From: Patescibacteria group bacterium
GTDB taxonomy: Bacteria > Patescibacteriota > Patescibacteriia > Patescibacteriales > UBA12465
Length of the DNA stretch: 64,000 bases
NCBI GenBank assembly: GCA_050949525.1
Contig: JBMNFW010000001.1
Location: 65,078-129,077, forward strand
Direction of reading: 5' to 3'
Both the position numbers and the translations under genes were made by a program. The notes beneath the pieces are model-generated. The model searched no databases and had not been told where the DNA came from. It was given only the letters and a program-made list of their open reading frames with translations. Below, piece by piece: positions 60,808 to 64,000 of this stretch; the stretch's first letter is position 1, and every line of letters begins with the position of its first letter.

Positions 60808-61806
60808 ATGAAAAAAGATATTGTGGTGGGAGTATCATCTTTCGCCCCTCTAGTTAGTGGATCAGGTTCAAGTTTTAAAGGCTTTGAAGTTGATTTATGG
60901 GAAATGATTGCTAAAAAGCTAAATCTTTCCTTTAGTTATAAAAAATACAATTTTACTAATCTTTTAGAAGCGGTTAAAGATAAAGAAGTGGATATTGCTT
61001 TTGCGGGTATTACTAGAACTAAGGAAAGGGAAGAAAAATTTAGCTTTTCTTACTTTACTTTAAGAACCGGTTTAGCTATTTTGATTAATGAAGATAATAA
61101 AATAAGTTTTTTAAAGAGTTTTAAAGATATGATCTTAAAAAATTTAAAAAAAATTCTTAATATTATTTTATTTTTCTTTGTTTTAATTGTTATTGTTAGT
61201 AATATTATTTGGTTTTTAGAGCGAGATTTAGATTCTTTAAATATTAGATCGTCTTATGGTCAGGGTATTATTGATTCTTTATGGTGGACTACTGGTGTAA
61301 TGAGTGGAGCAGGAGGAACATATCCTGAATCGGGGCTTGGTAAATTTTTAGGATTTTTTTCAATTTTTGTTGGTTTAGTAATTTTTTCTATTATTGTAGC
61401 TCAAGTAACCTCTTTTATTACTCTTAGTAAAATGAAGCATAGTATTAGCGATCCTAAAGATTTAGCTGGTAAAAAAGTTGGAACTAAAAGAGGCACCACT
61501 TCAGAAAAGGAATTAGAAAAATTAGGTGCCAAAATTGTTTTAGAGGATAATATTGAAGATGTTTTTGATAAATTAGCTAATAAAGAAATTGATGCTGTGG
61601 TTTTTGATGAACCAGTTATTCGTAATTTTGTTAAACACAATGATGAGTCCAATTTGATTATTGCTAGTGAAACTTTTAATAAGCAAACTTATGGTTTTGC
61701 TTTTCCTGAGGGTAGTGCTTTACGAGAGAAGTTTAATCGGGAGTTATTAGGTTTATTTGAATCAGGTGAGTACGATGCTTTATTAGCTAAATGGTTTGGT
61801 GTTTAG
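60808..61806 (+). CDS. glutamate-receptor-like ligand-gated channel: periplasmic substrate-binding (SBP family 3) domain split by an M1-pore loop-M2 channel module (GluR0-type architecture)
   Basis: 332 aa. S1 half (DIAFAGITRTKEREEKFSFSYF). Then hydrophobic M1 (ILNIILFFFVLIVIVSNIIWFL), a pore-helix/loop DSLWWTTGVMSGAGGTYPES, M2 (FLGFFSIFVGLVIFSIIVAQVTSFI), then S2 half (KDLAGKKVGTKRGTTSEKEL...IDAVVFDEPVI...). Confidence 0.65.
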   Translation: MKKDIVVGVSSFAPLVSGSGSSFKGFEVDLWEMIAKKLNLSFSYKKYNFTNLLEAVKDKEVDIAFAGITRTKEREEKFSFSYFTLRTGLAILINEDNKISFLKSFKDMILKNLKKILNIILFFFVLIVIVSNIIWFLERDLDSLNIRSSYGQGIIDSLWWTTGVMSGAGGTYPESGLGKFLGFFSIFVGLVIFSIIVAQVTSFITLSKMKHSISDPKDLAGKKVGTKRGTTSEKELEKLGAKIVLEDNIEDVFDKLANKEIDAVVFDEPVIRNFVKHNDESNLIIASETFNKQTYGFAFPEGSALREKFNRELLGLFESGEYDALLAKWFGV

Positions 61807-62801
61807 TTAAAATAATCTAATTTCATAGCCATTTTAACTTTTTTCATAGTGGCCTGAGCTCGAGCTTGGGCCTTTTTTGTACCTTCTTGAAGTATTTTAT
61901 GGACCAATTCAGGTCGATCCTGATAATATTTTCTTTTTTCTTGAATAGGTTTTAAGAAGTTGATAATAATTTGACTTAGTTCCTTTTTACATTGAAGACA
62001 ACCTCGTGATCCAAGACGACATTCTGATTCTATTTCCTTTAAATGACTTGATTTAAATAATTGGTGGTAATAGAAAGCGGTACAAATTTTAGGATTACCA
62101 GGATCATTTAAATGTATTTTTTTTGTATCAGTTAAAGCTTGTTTAACCTTTTTTTCAATTATCTCTGGACTATCAGATAGGTAAATAGCATTACCTAAAC
62201 TTTTTCCCATTTTAGTTTTTCCATCTAATCCCTTAATTCGAGGATTAGGGCTTAATAAGGTTTCGGGGGATTTTAAAGTATTGCCATAAATATTATTAAA
62301 TTTTTTAACAATTTCTCTAGTTTGTTCCATCATTGGTAATTGATCTTCGCCAACTGGAACTAGATCAGCTTCAAAGATGGTAATATCAGCTGCTTGACTA
62401 ATGGGGTAGCCCAAAAATCCATAAGTAACTCCATTTTTAAAAATTTCTTTTTTTTGGTTTATTTCTTCTTTAACGGTTGGGTTTCTTTGTAAACGATTGA
62501 TATTAACTAAATTAGAATAAAAAACAGTTAATTCGGCAATTTCTGGAATTAAGGATTGAATAAAAATGGTGGAAACTTTAGGATCTAGACCAATAGCTAA
62601 ATTATCTAAAGCCACTTCTAAAACATTTTTTCTAACTTTTTCTGGTTGAGAAAAATTATCGGTTAAAGCTTGAACATCGGCAATCATGATATAGTTTTGA
62701 TATTCTTCTTGTAATTTAATTCGGTTTAACATGGAACCAAAAAGGTGTCCAATATGTAATGGTCCAGTTGGTCGATCTCCAGTTAGAACTATTTTTTTCA
62801 T
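61803..62801 (-). CDS. trpS: tryptophan--tRNA ligase
   Basis: 332 aa. Class I HIGH (TGPLHIGH) and KMSKS (KMGKS) motifs. TrpS-specific GDRPTG start. Confidence 0.93.
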   Translation of the reverse strand: MKKIVLTGDRPTGPLHIGHLFGSMLNRIKLQEEYQNYIMIADVQALTDNFSQPEKVRKNVLEVALDNLAIGLDPKVSTIFIQSLIPEIAELTVFYSNLVNINRLQRNPTVKEEINQKKEIFKNGVTYGFLGYPISQAADITIFEADLVPVGEDQLPMMEQTREIVKKFNNIYGNTLKSPETLLSPNPRIKGLDGKTKMGKSLGNAIYLSDSPEIIEKKVKQALTDTKKIHLNDPGNPKICTAFYYHQLFKSSHLKEIESECRLGSRGCLQCKKELSQIIINFLKPIQEKRKYYQDRPELVHKILQEGTKKAQARAQATMKKVKMAMKLDYFN

Positions 62802-62806
62802 AAATT

Positions 62807-63121
62807 TTATTTTTTCAATTTTTTCTTGGAAGTGTCTTGGTTTGATTTTTTATTTTTTTTCTTATCTTTAAAATATTCTAAAGCTTTTTCGATTAAATTA
62901 ACTAAGAGAAGCAAGTGAGAACTACTACTTTTAAAACGGTTTTTTATGAGATCAATTAATTCATTGGTTTTATTAACGGCTTCCTCGATCCCATCACCAA
63001 TATTTTTTAATCGACGTAAATTTTGAATTAGATAGAAGAGAAAACGAGCGGTGAAAAAAGTTAGTATAATAACCGCTAGGGCTATTGATAGATTTAAGAT
63101 ATCTTTACTAGTGTTAAACAT
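62807..63121 (-). CDS. small membrane protein (hypothetical) with Lys-rich C-terminus
   Basis: 104 aa, one TM (LSIALAVIILTFFTARFLFYLI), tail KKKNKKSNQDTSKKKLKK. Confidence 0.4.
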   Translation of the reverse strand: MFNTSKDILNLSIALAVIILTFFTARFLFYLIQNLRRLKNIGDGIEEAVNKTNELIDLIKNRFKSSSSHLLLLVNLIEKALEYFKDKKKNKKSNQDTSKKKLKK

Positions 63122-63138
63122 ATGTTTTTTTAATTATA

Positions 63139-64000
63139 TTAAAAATCTCTAATTTGAGCTGAAAATTTATTTTCTAAATGTTTAATTAATTCGGCTTGAA
63201 TTTTATCTACTTCTTCAGTGCTTAAGGTTTTTTCTTCGGAGGCATAGCTAAGATGAAAAGCTAAACTTTTTTTATTTTCTTCTAAGTTATAGACATCAAA
63301 AAGCTCTAGTTCTTTAAGCAGTGGGCTAAAATTCTTTATTTCGCGATTAATATCATTATATAATATTTTTTGATCAATCACAAAGGCTAGGTCTCTTTTT
63401 AGGCTTGGAAATTTGGCCGGAGCTTGATATTCAGCTTTAGGGGTTTCATTTAAGATATTGAGTAAATTTTTTAAACTTATTTCAGCTAAACTGACATCTT
63501 TTTTTAATGAGTTTTTTTTGATAGCTTCCGGACTTAATTTGGCAATAAATCCAATTTCTCGATTGTTTAACATAATGAGAGCGTTTTCATCTTTTTTAGC
63601 CCAAGGAATTTCTAGGTCACTAGGTAAAAACTCTAAATTTAAATTATTTTGTATTTCATTTAAAAAGCTAGTAATAATACTTTTTAGATTAGAAAAAGAG
63701 TCTCCTTGGTAATTAGCTAGGGCTAAACCTAGTTTTTTTTCTTGATAAGGTAGGCTTTCATTTTGTTTTTTATCTTTCGGTATTTCTCCAGCTACATTTA
63801 GAAAAATATTTCCAATTTCGAAAAAAGATAAGTTTTCTTTTTTAGCTTGGTTACTTTGAATATTAGATACTAGACCAGCAATTAAGTCGGTTCTTAAAAA
63901 TTCAAAGTGGCTTGAGCTGGGGTTTAGTAATCTTAAGTGATTATTAGTATCAATATTGAGTTTAGTTAATTGTTCTTGGCCTAAGAAGGAATAATTATAT
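63139..64000 (-). CDS. pheT: phenylalanine--tRNA ligase beta subunit, C-terminal part (N-terminal part lies beyond the window end)
   Basis: Minus-strand frame is open from 63139 to the window edge. I checked it codon by codon from 63574 to 64000 and found no stop. FPSLKRDLAFVID matches the PheT FPxxxRDLA motif. The C-terminus FDVYNLEENKKSLAFHLSYASEEKTLSTEEVDKIQAELIKHLENKF is the FDX-ACB anticodon-binding domain. Confidence 0.8.
   Translation of the reverse strand, partial: YNYSFLGQEQLTKLNIDTNNHLRLLNPSSSHFEFLRTDLIAGLVSNIQSNQAKKENLSFFEIGNIFLNVAGEIPKDKKQNESLPYQEKKLGLALANYQGDSFSNLKSIITSFLNEIQNNLNLEFLPSDLEIPWAKKDENALIMLNNREIGFIAKLSPEAIKKNSLKKDVSLAEISLKNLLNILNETPKAEYQAPAKFPSLKRDLAFVIDQKILYNDINREIKNFSPLLKELELFDVYNLEENKKSLAFHLSYASEEKTLSTEEVDKIQAELIKHLENKFSAQIRDF

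Overview
Best read as an AT-rich (~1/3 GC), gene-dense chromosomal segment of a small-genome bacterium, possibly a CPR/Patescibacteria-like lineage; that lineage call is an inference, and no rRNA or other phylogenetic marker is present to test it. The standard code is in use: long intact rpoB and rpoC ORFs, and a TGA stop ending recQ in an ATGA overlap with the next start. About 50 protein genes are mostly on the + strand: elp3-like C-terminal part; glyA-folD-recQ; a sugar-nucleotide pair (phosphohexomutase plus nucleotidyltransferase); clpP; secD-secF; an O-antigen-ligase-like protein; prepilin peptidase-ftsA-ftsZ; Fic; hrcA-grpE-hsp20-dnaK-dnaJ-tatD; a complete F1Fo ATP synthase operon; tRNA-Cys; groES-groEL; a CaCA antiporter; mltG; rpoB-rpoC-pth-dprA-topA; a glutamate-receptor-like channel; trpS; and a partial pheT. 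The non-housekeeping part is an ~11.5 kb surface-protein locus (7.4-19 kb). It encodes a 1990-aa, ~115-cysteine extracellular giant whose N-terminus looks like a VirB2/TrbC-type pilin hairpin. It also encodes a 1140-aa secreted protein with a Fibrobacter-type paralogous (FISUMP) domain and Pro/Thr tandem repeats, plus two paralogous acidic membrane proteins with thrombospondin-type-3-like Ca-binding repeats. I consider this locus the most likely undescribed system: a cell-surface attachment apparatus of the kind expected in an episymbiotic small-genome bacterium. Other oddities: SecD with an inserted parvulin-like PPIase domain; a GluR0-type substrate-binding-domain/pore-channel fusion; a class II Fic-wHTH protein preceded by 10-bp direct repeats; FtsZ with a duplicated C-terminal peptide; and a textbook TTGACA-17-TATAAT promoter overlapped by a CIRCE operator ahead of a short hrcA.
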